Part shown: piece after piece, positions 18,612 through 29,400 of the stretch
Position numbering within the stretch: the first letter of the stretch is position 1
Layout of the letters: every line of letters starts with the position of its first letter
The notes under the pieces: model-generated
Seen by the model: the letters and a program-made list of their open reading frames with translations, nothing else
Database searches by the model: none
What the model was told of the DNA's origin: nothing
Assembly: GCA_964619545.1 (NCBI GenBank)
Contig: CAZUED010000003.1
Span: 163 to 64,162 of the forward strand
Length of the DNA: 64,000 bases
Reading direction: 5' to 3'
Source of the DNA: an uncultured Muribaculaceae bacterium
Lineage (GTDB): Bacteria > Pseudomonadota > Alphaproteobacteria > Rs-D84
Program-made: the position numbers and the translations under genes

Positions 18612-18722
18612 ATCAAAGTGCAATTAACGTGTTCGCTGCGCTCACAATTAAATAATTATAAAAGCATCGGTGAATGCCGACACCACAATTGCTAATTGAA
18701 TTTTGTACATTGCACATTAAAC
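18612..18722. repeat. right copy of the ~110-bp repeat element, in inverted orientation relative to 11098-11209
   Basis: Reverse complement reads caattgtggtgtcggcattcaccga...ataattatt...tgtgagcgcagcgaacacgttaattgcactttga, aligning with the left copy. Confidence 0.8.
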
Positions 18723-18873
18723 TTTTCCCTTGCCTTAAAAAAACTAATAGGGTAGAATACTTTTCGCTTGATTTTGGTAATAAATGTGTTATTGTGCGCG
18801 AACGAAAATAAGATAAACTGGGGTGGAGTTCGCACGATTCCTGCGGTGCAGGCGCGTGGCAGACAAGAGTTTT

Positions 18874-18947
18874 AGGGGCATAGTTCAACGGTAGAATAGA
18901 GGTCTCCAAAACCTTTGGTGTGGGTTCGATTCCTACTGCCCCTGCCA
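18874..18947 (+). tRNA. trnW: tRNA-Trp (CCA)
   Basis: aggggcatagttcaacggtagaatagaggtctCCAaaacc...ggttcgattcctactgcccctgcca; cloverleaf with anticodon CCA; canonical position before secE. Confidence 0.9.
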
Positions 18948-19018
18948 AAAAGCTTTTGTGATGGGTATAAAAATGTCCACCAAAAGCCAAGCGACCAGTT
19001 AAAAAGTTTGGAACACGT

Positions 19019-19198
19019 ATGAAGAAATTTCTTGATTACATCAAAGCAGTTCGCCAGGAATGGTTTAAAATTGTGTGGCCATCACGCGATGCGGTTATTC
19101 GCGCGACCATAATGATTTTGGTGTTTTCAGGACTTGCAGCGCTGTTCTTTTTTATCACCGATAGTGCATTGAATGCGCTGGTGGAGTGGATTTTTTAG
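19019..19198 (+). CDS. secE: preprotein translocase subunit SecE
   Basis: 59-aa single-TM protein MKKFLDYIKAVRQEWFKIVWPSRDAVIRATIMILVF..., upstream of nusG. Confidence 0.85.
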   Translation: MKKFLDYIKAVRQEWFKIVWPSRDAVIRATIMILVFSGLAALFFFITDSALNALVEWIF

Positions 19199-19241
19199 AA
19201 AATGTGCAATCTGCACATAAAACGAATTGAGTGGAGCAATT

Positions 19242-19763
19242 ATGAATTGGTATGTCGTGAATGTTCATACAGGATGCGAGGATAAAGTAGCGCGTGAATT
19301 GCGTGAGCAAATCAATACGCGAAAATTAAATCCTTTATTCGGCGAGATACTGGTACCAACTCGCGAAGTATCCGAGGTAAAGGGCGGCAAACGCGTAAAA
19401 ACGGAAAGAAAATTTTTCCCTGGATATATCGTTGTTCAAATGCAAATGACTAACGAGACTTTTTCGTTGGTAAAGTTGCACCCTCAGGTTGTTATGTTCT
19501 TGGGACAAAAGCAAAAACCTGTAGCGATAACAGAGGATGAAGCCCGCCGTCTGATGAAACAGATGGAAGAGGGTTCGGCAAGTTTGGACGAGTCTGAATA
19601 CGAAGTCGGTCAAGAAATTCACATTATTGATGGTCCATTCATGAACTTTAACGGAATTGCCGCCGAGGTTGATAATTTGAAACAGAAAATGGTTGTGAAC
19701 GTTTTAGTGTTCGGCCGTGAAACCAGCGTCAGCTTAGACTTTAACCAGGTGGAAAAAGTTTAG
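19242..19763 (+). CDS. nusG: transcription termination/antitermination factor NusG
   Basis: MNWYVVNVHTGCEDKV NGN domain and a KOW-containing C-terminus. RBS before the ATG at 19242. Confidence 0.9.
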   Translation: MNWYVVNVHTGCEDKVARELREQINTRKLNPLFGEILVPTREVSEVKGGKRVKTERKFFPGYIVVQMQMTNETFSLVKLHPQVVMFLGQKQKPVAITEDEARRLMKQMEEGSASLDESEYEVGQEIHIIDGPFMNFNGIAAEVDNLKQKMVVNVLVFGRETSVSLDFNQVEKV

Positions 19764-19896
19764 TTAAATCGAGTGGTTTAATTATAGGGATTTTTATGGT
19801 TTAGGAATGTTCTGAAAACCATATCCTGGAAACGGGAAATAAACGCGGAAGCAGTAGCCACTGCGCACCGCAAACTCTAAAACAACGGAGAAAAAA

Positions 19897-20328
19897 ATGG
19901 CAAAGAAAGAGTTCAAGGGGCTGGTAAAGCTTGTTGCCCCTGCAAAACAGGCGAACCCATCGCCTCCGATTGGCCCAATTTTGGGCGCTAACGGCGTTAA
20001 CATCGCCGAATTCTGCAAACAATTTAATGATGCAACCAAGGACATGGAAGCAGGTATGCCTGTTCCAGTCATTATTACTGTTTATACTGACCGCAGTTTC
20101 GAATTTATTATGAAATTGCCACCAGTGTCGTACTTTATTAAAAAGGCGTTGAAATTGAAATCTGGTTCTAAAAAGCCAGGTCGTGATTTTGTCGGAACTT
20201 TATCAATGGCCGAAGTTCGCAAAATTGCCGAAGGTAAAATGCCAGACTTGAATTGCTCTACCATTGATGCGGCCGCAAAAATCGTTGCCGGACAATGCCG
20301 TTCTATGGGCGTAAAGGTGGAGGAATAA
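19897..20328 (+). CDS. rplK: 50S ribosomal protein L11
   Basis: MAKKEFKGLVKLVAPAKQANPSPPIGPILG and conserved order. Confidence 0.95.
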   Translation: MAKKEFKGLVKLVAPAKQANPSPPIGPILGANGVNIAEFCKQFNDATKDMEAGMPVPVIITVYTDRSFEFIMKLPPVSYFIKKALKLKSGSKKPGRDFVGTLSMAEVRKIAEGKMPDLNCSTIDAAAKIVAGQCRSMGVKVEE

Positions 20329-20331
20329 GAT

Positions 20332-21003
20332 ATGAAAACGACAAAAAGAATGAAAGCTTGGGAAGCATTGGATACAAAAAAAATATATGGTCTGAACGAA
20401 GCTATCGAAGTTTTGCGCGGCTATGCCAGCAAAAAATTCGATGAAAGTCTGGAAGTTGCGGTTCGCTTGGGTATTGATGTTACCAAGGCTGACCAAAACA
20501 TTCGCTTGATGTTGGCATTGCCAAATGGCACCGGGAAAAAAGTTCGTGTCGCGGTTATCACCAATGACAAACAAGATGAAGCCAAAAAAGCAGGTGCAGA
20601 TTTGGTTGGTGCAGACGACTTGATTGATAAAATCGCAGCTGGCGAAATGAATTTTGATCGAGTAATTGCATCCCCAGACATGATGCCAAAAATGTCAAAG
20701 GTTGCCCGTGTATTGGGCCCCAAGGGTTTAATGCCGAATCCAAAATTGGGTACAGTTACAAATAATGTTGCCGAAGCAATTAAAACGGCTAAGGCCGGTC
20801 AGGTTGAGCTGCGCGCCGAAAAGAAAGGCATAATTCACGCAGGCTGTGGCAAAATGTCGTTCAAGAATGAAGAATTATCCCAGAACGTTTTGGCGATAAT
20901 TGATACATTGAAAAAGGCAAAGCCAGCCAGCAGCAAAGGCCAGTATATTATTGGTGTTTGTGTGTCCACGACACAGGGGCCTGGGTTAAAGGTAAATATA
21001 TAA
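20332..21003 (+). CDS. rplA: 50S ribosomal protein L1
   Basis: FDESLEVAVRLGIDVTKADQNIR and conserved order. Confidence 0.95.
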   Translation: MKTTKRMKAWEALDTKKIYGLNEAIEVLRGYASKKFDESLEVAVRLGIDVTKADQNIRLMLALPNGTGKKVRVAVITNDKQDEAKKAGADLVGADDLIDKIAAGEMNFDRVIASPDMMPKMSKVARVLGPKGLMPNPKLGTVTNNVAEAIKTAKAGQVELRAEKKGIIHAGCGKMSFKNEELSQNVLAIIDTLKKAKPASSKGQYIIGVCVSTTQGPGLKVNI

Positions 21004-21174
21004 AGAATTCTTGTCCAAGACTGATGGGGGAGAAATCCTTAAAAAAATAACCCCTCAATAGACAAAAGAGATGAATACTCTTTTGGGACAGAATGAAAGG
21101 GTGGAAAAATCCACCCTCCAAAAGAGCCCCAATCGAAAGATTGGAAAAAAGAAACGAAAGCAAAAGGATAAAGC

Positions 21175-21651
21175 GTGAAAAGAGATGAAAAATCCGCGCT
21201 GGTATCGTCTTTGCAGGAAAACATCAAATCCGCGAATGGTATTTTCGTTATAGAAAACCATGGAACAAGCGTGAAAGATTTCGAGGCTTTGCGTCGCGAA
21301 CTTGCGCCTGTTACTTCGGTATTCAAGGTCGTGAAAAATCGTTTGTTCAAGTTGGCATTGAAAGATTCCGGCTTTGTTGATGTTGAAAAGCTGATGAAGC
21401 GTCCAACGGCGGTTGCTATTGCAACTGACGGCTTGGCTGTGACCAAAGTTTTGGCAAAATTTGCTGAAACTCACCCAACAATAACAATTGTTGGTGGCCA
21501 AATGGATGCTGGTTTGCTGGATGCAAAAGCGGTAGAGCAATTGTCCAAACTTCCGTCATTGCTTGAAATTCGTGGCACGATTGCACGCATACTGATAGAG
21601 CCTGCGTCTCGTATCGCCCGTGTTTCTGCAGAATACGGAAAAAAGAATTAA
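21175..21651 (+). CDS. rplJ: 50S ribosomal protein L10 (GTG start)
   Basis: Position between rplA and rplL; family-typical length and composition. Confidence 0.85.
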   Translation: MKRDEKSALVSSLQENIKSANGIFVIENHGTSVKDFEALRRELAPVTSVFKVVKNRLFKLALKDSGFVDVEKLMKRPTAVAIATDGLAVTKVLAKFAETHPTITIVGGQMDAGLLDAKAVEQLSKLPSLLEIRGTIARILIEPASRIARVSAEYGKKN

Positions 21652-21669
21652 AATCAAAAGGAAACTAAA

Positions 21670-22032
21670 ATGGCAGATATTCAGAAAATTGTAGAAGACT
21701 TGTCAAAATTGAGTGTTTTAGAAGCAGTTGAATTGTCCAAAGCTTTGGAAGAAGCTTGGGGCGTTTCTGCGGCAGCGGCAGTTGCAGTTGCAGCTGGTCC
21801 AGCAGCCGTAGCAGAAGAAAAAACCGAATTTGATGTTGTGTTGGCAGATGCTGGCAGCAATAAATTGGGTGTTATTAAAGCTGTGAAAGACGCAACTGGT
21901 TTGGGTTTGGGCGATGCAAAAGCGTTCGTCGAATCCGCACCAAAAGTTGTGAAAGAAGGATTGTCCAAGGACGATGCTGAAAAATTGAAAGCAACACTGG
22001 AAGCCGCAGGCGCTAAGGTGGAGCTGAAATAA
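21670..22032 (+). CDS. rplL: 50S ribosomal protein L7/L12
   Basis: Ala-rich hinge [21 protein letters not shown] and C-terminal domain [43 protein letters not shown]. Confidence 0.95.
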   Translation: MADIQKIVEDLSKLSVLEAVELSKALEEAWGVSAAAAVAVAAGPAAVAEEKTEFDVVLADAGSNKLGVIKAVKDATGLGLGDAKAFVESAPKVVKEGLSKDDAEKLKATLEAAGAKVELK

Positions 22033-22039
22033 AAAAAAG

Positions 22040-22085
22040 TAAACAGCAAAGTGCAAAGTGCAAGTACGCGCTTTGCCTTTGCTTT
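22040..22085 (+). promoter_or_regulatory. rplL-rpoB intergenic hairpin (attenuator/terminator)
   Basis: gcaaagtgcaaagtgcaagtacgcgctttgcctttgcttttgc forms an extended inverted repeat in the classic attenuator position. Confidence 0.5.
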
Positions 22086-22208
22086 TGCGGATAATTCTGA
22101 GATTGCTTTGCAATTTTTGAGTTATTCAATTGCATCTTGCACCCTGCAAAATGCAAATTTTGCAAAAATCGACAGGCGATTTTTGATATGCGACTAAGGA
22201 GCGAACAT

Positions 22209-25200
22209 ATGGCTGTTATCCAAAAATTCAGAAAGTATTTCGGAAAAAGTTTCTTGAAAACACCCCTGCGTGATTTAGTGGAAATTCAATATGATTCTTA
22301 TAGAGATTTTCTGCAAGAAAATGTTGCACCAAATGCGCGTCGCAATGTCGGCTTGCAAAATGTTTTCAAGTCTGCATTCCCGATAAAGGATTATGCGGGT
22401 ATTGCTGATTTAGAGTTTGTTGAATATACTTTGGACAAGCCTTTGTATAATGTCAAAGAATGCATGCTGCGTAATATGACATATAGCGCGCGTTTAAAAT
22501 TAAAGTTGAAACTTATAATTTGGGATGTTGCGGAAAATGGAAAGAAAACACTTCGCGACATCAAAGATCAAGAAATTTTTATGGGCGAAGTTCCATTGAT
22601 GACCGAACGCGGAACCTTTGTTTCGTCTGGTGTTGAACGTGTTATCGTTTCGCAAATGCATCGTGCACAGGGTGTGGTTTTTGGTCTGACCAAGGAAGCG
22701 AAAACTGCTGATGCGACAAACGCAACATATACTGCCCGTATTATTCCAGAACGCGGATCTTGGATTGATTTCGAAGAAGCCAAGGGCGTTATCTATGTTC
22801 GCATAGATCGCAAACGCAAAATCCCTGCATCTGTTTTGTTGCGCGCATTACCAGCTGCAAGTGATGAAAAAAAGTTTGAATCTGATCCCCGTCGCGCAGC
22901 TGTTTCCGGCATGACTGATGTGGAAATTTTGTCAGAATTTTATAAAAAGATTTCTTTATCGTTTGATGGAAAATTCTGGATTGGCGAAACAGCCGATTTT
23001 ATCGAACTTGGAAATTATCGTCTGAATTACGATCTTTTGGACGTTAAATCTAAAAAGCCGATTGCTGAAAAAGGCGAGCGTATTACCGCAAAAAAATGGG
23101 AAAAGCTGGTCGCGGCTAACAAAGAATTTGCAATAACAAAAGAAAGTGTAATCGGAGAATATTTATTTGATCCACTGGCCAATGGCGGCGAAACATTGTT
23201 CCCATCAGCCACAGAAATCACAGAAGAAATACTGGCGGATTTTGAAAAGCTGGATGTTAAAAATATATCAATTATCTCTATAGATAATATGTTTTATGGC
23301 GCACACATGCGTAATACTTTGGCAGCAAGCAAAACCACAACGCGCGACGAAGCATTAATTGAAATTTACAATGTAATTCGTCCGGGAGAGCGCCCAACAC
23401 CAGAAGCCGCTGCAGCATTGTTCGCGCATCAGGGATTTGATTCTTCTTATTATGATTTGTCAGCAGTTGGTCGATTCAAGATGAACAAGCGCTTGAAAAT
23501 TGATTCTGGCAAAAAACCAGAAGATGAAAGATTGTTAAGCAAACAAGATTTTCTGGCGACATTAAAAACTTTGGCAAACATTATTGATCGCAAAGATGTT
23601 ATTGATGACATTGATAACCTGTCGAACCGCCGTGTGCGTACGGTTGGAGAATTGCTGGAACAGCAATTCCGTATTGGTATGGCGCGTATCGAAAGATTAG
23701 TTCGCGAGCATTTGGCATCACCAAACATTTCAAACATGAAGCCCCAGGATGTTATCAATGTAAAGCCTTTGACGGCTTTGGTTGCTGAATTCTTTGGCAC
23801 ATCACAATTGTCGCAGTTTATGGATGCGTATAATCCATTGGCGGAATTAGAACATAAACGTTTGATTTCTGCAATGGGTCCTGGCGGCCTTAATCGCGAC
23901 CGCGCAGGCATTGATGTCCGTGACGTACATCCGACTCACTATGGTCGCTTGTGCCCGATACACACGCCCGAAGGCGCAAACATTGGTTTGATTAACCATC
24001 TTGCATCATATGCCCGTGTTAATCCGTATGGATTTATTGAAACTCCTTACTACATCGTTAAAAACGGAAAAATTACGGAAGAAATTGTCTATTTGACAGC
24101 TGACGAAGAAACTGGTCATCGTATTGCCCAGGGTAATACTGCGACAAACTCGGATGGAAAAATTTCCGAAGAAGTTGTGACTGCACGTGTTGATGGCGAA
24201 TTCGTAAAAATCCCGCGTGAAGAAATTGACCTTATCGACGTTGCACCGCGTCAGGTTGTGTCTATTGCGCCAGGACTGATACCATTTATTGAAAATGACG
24301 ACGCAAACCGCGCACTGATGGGATCAAACATGCAGCGCCAGGCAATTCCGTTAATGCGCGTTGATGCGCCAACAATCGGAACAGGTATTGAACGCGAAGT
24401 TGCACGTGATTCCAGAACTGGCAAAGTTGCAAAGCACAGCGGTGTTGTTGAATCTGTTGATGCAAATCGTATTGTGGTGAAGTGTATGAACAGCCGCAAT
24501 GTTGTAACCGGTGTTGACATCTATAATTTGGAAAAATTCCAGAAATCAAATTCAGAAACAATGATACACCAAAAACCATTGGTAAAGGTTGGCGATCGTA
24601 TTTCTGCCGGTGACATTATTGCCGATGGTGCCAGTATGAATTATGGCGAACTTGCACTGGGTAAGAATGTGTTGGTTGCCTTTGTGCCTTGGCGTGGTTA
24701 TAACTTTGAAGACTCTATAGTTATTTCTGAAAAGATTTCACGCGATGACGTATTTACTAGCATCAAGATTGTTGAAAAAGAGTTCAAGGCTCGTGATACT
24801 CAACTGGGCCCAGAAAGCTTTACACGCGATATTCCAAACGTTGGCGAAGAAGCACTGAAAAATCTGGACGAGTCTGGAATTATCTATATCGGCAGCCATG
24901 TGAAGCAAGGCGACATCTTGGTTGGTCGTGTATCACCTAAATCTGAAAGCTTGCTGACCCCAGAGGAAGCATTGCTACGCAGCATCTTTGGTGAAAAGGC
25001 TTTATCTGTAAAAGATACATCAATGCGCGTTGGTCCGAACGAGGAAGGCGTTGTTATTGGTGTGAACATCTTGACCCGTCATGGTGTGAAGAAAGACGAA
25101 CGCACGCAGATGATAGAGCTGCAAAAGATCGAACAGATAAACAAAAACCGCGAAGAAGAGATTGCAATTTTGGAGCGTGGATTTGCAGCCCAAGCATTCC

Positions 25201-26348
25201 AGATCGCTGAAGGCCTGACAATCGAAGGCGGTATTGGCAGCGTAAAGCCATTTATTGGTAAAAAGCTGACAGCCGAAGTTTTTGAAGGTATCCGCCCATC
25301 TGATATGAAAAAGATTCAGGTCAAAAGCAAAGAAGCCGCAGAAAAATTGGAAGAGTTGCGTGAACAAAATGCAATAACTTTGAAAAACTTGAACGAAAAG
25401 GCCGACGGGGAAGTTGCGCGCGTGACCGAAAGCAACTCGCTTAATGCAGGTGTATTGAAAGAAGTCAAAGTTTATATCGCGCATAAAATGAAACTGCAAC
25501 CCGGCGATAAAATGGCTGGCCGTCACGGAAACAAGGGTATCGTTTCCAAGGTTGTGCCGATTGAAGATATGCCACACATGGAAGATGGAACGCCGGTTGA
25601 TATAGTTTTGAATCCATTGGGTGTGCCCAGCCGTATGAACATTGGTCAGGTATTAGAAGTTCACTTGGGTATGGCCGCACGTGAATTAGGTAAACAAATC
25701 GGCGAAGTGCTGGATGAAGTAAAGGCAAAGCGCGCCGTGACCGATGACTTGCGCACAATGATTGGCAAAATCTATGGCAAGGATGTTACTCAGCAACTTG
25801 AAAAGATGACTGACACTGATGTTCGCGCCCAGGCTGCATTATTGCGCAGTGGTGTATCAATGGCAACACCGACATTTGACGGGGCTATGCCGGAAGACAT
25901 CAAAAAAATGTTAAAGATGGCAAAGCTTCCAGAGAGCGGACAATTCACTTTGTATGATGGAATGACCGGTGAAAAATTTGCACGACCAGTAACAGTTGGT
26001 GTTATGCATATGTTAAAGCTGCATCACTTGGTGGATGAAAAAATCCATGCGCGTTCAGTAGGCAGCTATTCTTTGGTTACACAACAGCCTTTGTCCGGTA
26101 AAGCGCACAATGGTGGACAGCGTTTGGGTGAAATGGAAGTCTGGGCGCTGGAAGCGCACGGCGCGGCCCACCTGATTAAAGAAATGCTGACCGTTAAATC
26201 GGACGACATTGCGGGCAAAAACAAGATGTATGAAACCATAATCAGCGGAAGCTATGACATTCAAACAGGCACGCCCGAGGCATTTAATGTCTTGACCCGT
26301 GAACTGCGCGGACTGGGCTTGGCTATGACACCGCGAAAGCTAGATTAA
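22209..26348 (+). CDS. rpoB: DNA-directed RNA polymerase subunit beta
   Basis: RBS aggagcgaacatATG. Start MAVIQKFRKYFGK. Conserved blocks (GEMEVWALEAHGAAH etc.). Confidence 0.97.
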   Translation: MAVIQKFRKYFGKSFLKTPLRDLVEIQYDSYRDFLQENVAPNARRNVGLQNVFKSAFPIKDYAGIADLEFVEYTLDKPLYNVKECMLRNMTYSARLKLKLKLIIWDVAENGKKTLRDIKDQEIFMGEVPLMTERGTFVSSGVERVIVSQMHRAQGVVFGLTKEAKTADATNATYTARIIPERGSWIDFEEAKGVIYVRIDRKRKIPASVLLRALPAASDEKKFESDPRRAAVSGMTDVEILSEFYKKISLSFDGKFWIGETADFIELGNYRLNYDLLDVKSKKPIAEKGERITAKKWEKLVAANKEFAITKESVIGEYLFDPLANGGETLFPSATEITEEILADFEKLDVKNISIISIDNMFYGAHMRNTLAASKTTTRDEALIEIYNVIRPGERPTPEAAAALFAHQGFDSSYYDLSAVGRFKMNKRLKIDSGKKPEDERLLSKQDFLATLKTLANIIDRKDVIDDIDNLSNRRVRTVGELLEQQFRIGMARIERLVREHLASPNISNMKPQDVINVKPLTALVAEFFGTSQLSQFMDAYNPLAELEHKRLISAMGPGGLNRDRAGIDVRDVHPTHYGRLCPIHTPEGANIGLINHLASYARVNPYGFIETPYYIVKNGKITEEIVYLTADEETGHRIAQGNTATNSDGKISEEVVTARVDGEFVKIPREEIDLIDVAPRQVVSIAPGLIPFIENDDANRALMGSNMQRQAIPLMRVDAPTIGTGIEREVARDSRTGKVAKHSGVVESVDANRIVVKCMNSRNVVTGVDIYNLEKFQKSNSETMIHQKPLVKVGDRISAGDIIADGASMNYGELALGKNVLVAFVPWRGYNFEDSIVISEKISRDDVFTSIKIVEKEFKARDTQLGPESFTRDIPNVGEEALKNLDESGIIYIGSHVKQGDILVGRVSPKSESLLTPEEALLRSIFGEKALSVKDTSMRVGPNEEGVVIGVNILTRHGVKKDERTQMIELQKIEQINKNREEEIAILERGFAAQAFQIAEGLTIEGGIGSVKPFIGKKLTAEVFEGIRPSDMKKIQVKSKEAAEKLEELREQNAITLKNLNEKADGEVARVTESNSLNAGVLKEVKVYIAHKMKLQPGDKMAGRHGNKGIVSKVVPIEDMPHMEDGTPVDIVLNPLGVPSRMNIGQVLEVHLGMAARELGKQIGEVLDEVKAKRAVTDDLRTMIGKIYGKDVTQQLEKMTDTDVRAQAALLRSGVSMATPTFDGAMPEDIKKMLKMAKLPESGQFTLYDGMTGEKFARPVTVGVMHMLKLHHLVDEKIHARSVGSYSLVTQQPLSGKAHNGGQRLGEMEVWALEAHGAAHLIKEMLTVKSDDIAGKNKMYETIISGSYDIQTGTPEAFNVLTRELRGLGLAMTPRKLD

Positions 26349-26426
26349 ATGATAAATGGCGAAAGATGAGTGTTTGCATTCATCTTTCATCACATATCAT
26401 TCATCATTATTCAAGGAGCAAAATAA

Positions 26427-29400
26427 ATGACTAACATGCTGCAAAAGATTTTTGGCCAGATTGAAACGAAGGAGCAGTTTGATGCGCTGCAAATAAAAAT
26501 TGCGTCACCAGAAGAAATTCTGTCTTGGTCTCATGGCGAAGTTAAAAAGCCTGAAACCATCAACTATCATTCGTTAAAGCCGGAATCAGATGGATTGTTT
26601 TGCCAGCAGATTTTTGGCCCCAGCAAAGATTACGAATGCGCATGTGGAAAATACAAACGTGTTAAGTTCCGCGGTGTAGTATGCGAGCGTTGTGGTGTCG
26701 AAGTCGGATCAAGCAGTGTTCGTCGTGAGCGTATGGGACATATTAAATTGGCGACACCCGTATCTCACTTTTGGTTCATGCGCGAAGGAAAAATTGCTAC
26801 TCTTTTGAACAATATGCCGCAAAAAAAGTTAGAGCAGGTTATTTATTATGACGCTTATATTGTGACCGAGCCAGGTCTGACCAAGCTGAAACTTTATGAT
26901 GTTATTTCCGAAGATGAATACCAAGAAGCACTGACTGAATTCGGCGATGGAGCATTCCATGTTGGAATTGGTGCAGACGGCGTACGCAGTGTTATTGCAA
27001 ATTTGGATATGGGGGATGAGCGGACTCGTTTGCGTCAAGAGTTGTCGGAAACAAAATCCGAAGCAAAACGCAAAGGAATTATCAAACATCTGAAATTAGT
27101 TGAAGCATTCATGGATTCTAAAACAGAACCTGCATGGATGTTGCCGGATGTTTTGCCGGTTATTCCACCAGATATGCGTCCTTTGGTTACGCTCGAGGCT
27201 GGACATGTCGCTTCATCTGACTTGAACGATTTGTATCGCCGCGTAATTATTCGCAACAATCGTCTGAAAAAATTGATAGACTTGCGTGCACCAGAAATCA
27301 TCGTGCGCAACGAAAAACGTATGTTACAGGAAGCGGTTGATGCCTTGTTCGATAACGGACACAAAAGCCGCCCATTGGTTTCGCAAAATCGTCAAAAGTT
27401 AAAGTCTTTGTCAGATTCATTGTTGGGGAAGCAGGGTCGCTTCCGTATGAATATGTTAGGTAAACGTGTGGATTATTCTGGACGCAGTGTTATCGTGTCG
27501 GGCCCCAGCTTGAAATTACACCAGGTTGGTTTGCCGAAATCCATGGCACTGGAGCTGTTTAAACCTTTTGTTTATGCACGTTTATTGGCTGGCGACTATG
27601 CTAATACATTAAAGACCGCAAGAAAGATGGTCGAAGCCGGTGAAGACATTGTGTGGGAAATGTTGGAAAAGGTTATTTATCAGCATCCGGTCTTGTTAAA
27701 CCGCGCGCCATCTTTGCATCGTCTTTCAATGCTTGCGTTCGAGCCCATCTTAATCGAAGGTAAAGCAATTCGTCTACATCCGTTGGTTACCAAGGGATTT
27801 AATGCTGACTTTGACGGCGACCAAATGTCTGTCTATGTCCCTATTTCATTGGAAGCACAATTAGAAGCGCGTACATTAATGTTGTCTTCTAATAACGTGT
27901 TGTTACCTGCGAACGGCGAACCGGTTATAGTTCCATCACAAGACATGGTTTTAGGTGTTTATTATTTATCATTGGTAAATGGTGAACATAACGAAAAATC
28001 ACCACGTTTTGCATCAATGGATGAAATTTATATGGCATTGAATGCAAAGACAATTACTTTGCACACTCCAATCATTGCGCGTTATCACGCGGCCGAGGGG
28101 ACTCAAACCGTAAAGACGACTGCTGGTCGTATGATTTTGGGCGAATTGCTGCCGAAAAAACCTGGCATGCCATTTGACTTGGTAAATCAGGAAATGCCAG
28201 TCGGAAAGATAAAATCATTGTTGGCAACTACTTACGAACGTTGTGGCGACAAGGATATGATTGCTTTGGCGGATAATCTGAAAAATACAGGTTTCGAGCA
28301 AGCTGCACGCAGCGGAATTTCCATTGGCTTTGACGATATAAAAATTCCAGAAGAAAAACAGGAAATTATCGCCAATGCAACAACTCAGACAGAAGAAATT
28401 GAAACCCAGTATCAAAATGGATTGATTTCACGCAAAGAAAAATATAACAAAATTGTCGATATGTGGCATGGGGTTACAAACAGACTGGCGGATTTGGCTT
28501 TCTCGAACTTGCGTAAGTCCGAAGGCGATAACTGGAACAGCATCTCGATGATGCAGGCATCTGGTGCCCGTGGATCTAAAACCCAAATTCAGCAGCTGGC
28601 AGGTATGCGTGGAATGATGATGAAGCCGGACGGATCTATTATCGAGGTTCCGATTATCTCGAACTTTAAAGAAGGTCTGTCAATGGCGGAATACTTTACC
28701 AGTACGCACGGCGCGCGCAAAGGTATGTCCGATACAGCATTAAAGACTGCGAACGCGGGTTATCTGACACGCAGAATGGTTATCTTGGCTCAGAATACAT
28801 TTATTACCGAACATGATTGCGGTACAGATGAATCCATAACTGCAAAACCAGTATTTGATGGCTCTATGTTGTCTATTTCACTGGGCGATGTAGTTTTGGG
28901 CAGAACCGCAGCGCAAGATGTTGTGAATCCTGGAACTGGTGAATTAATCGTTAAAAGGGGCGACTTGATTACAAAGGCGGATTCAAAGAAAATTAATGAT
29001 TCCGGTTTGGGCAGTATTGAAATTCGCAGTGGTTTGACATGCAAATCTAATGGTTTGTGCGCAAAATGTTATGGTATGGATTTGTCGCGCGGTACTTTGG
29101 TGCATGTTGGTGAAGCAGTTGGTGTTATCGCTGGACAATCTATTGGTGAGCCCGGAACTCAGTTGACCCTTAGAACCTTCCACGTTGGTGGAATTGCGTC
29201 CTCTGGCAGCGGCAGCAACTTTATCGAAGCGCCAATGAATGGTCGCCTGGAACTGATTGATGCCGACTTGGTCACAAACAGCGCAGGCAAAAACATAGTT
29301 GTATCGCGCAACTCGAAAATAGCGGTCACCGATAACAAAGGTAATCATTTATTTACCGCAAAATTGCCGTATGCTTCGTGGCTGATTGTAAAAGATGGGG

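Noticed and set aside
18613-18990. 125-aa minus-strand ORF overlapping the right inverted repeat and tRNA-Trp
   Set aside because: It overlaps a tRNA gene and a non-coding repeat; spurious.
22137-22208. Upstream in-frame extension of rpoB (MHPAKCKFCKNRQAIFDMRLRSEH)
   Set aside because: A strong RBS (aggag) sits immediately before the internal ATG at 22209, whose N-terminus MAVIQKF matches rpoB. The extension covers the rplL-rpoB attenuator hairpin.
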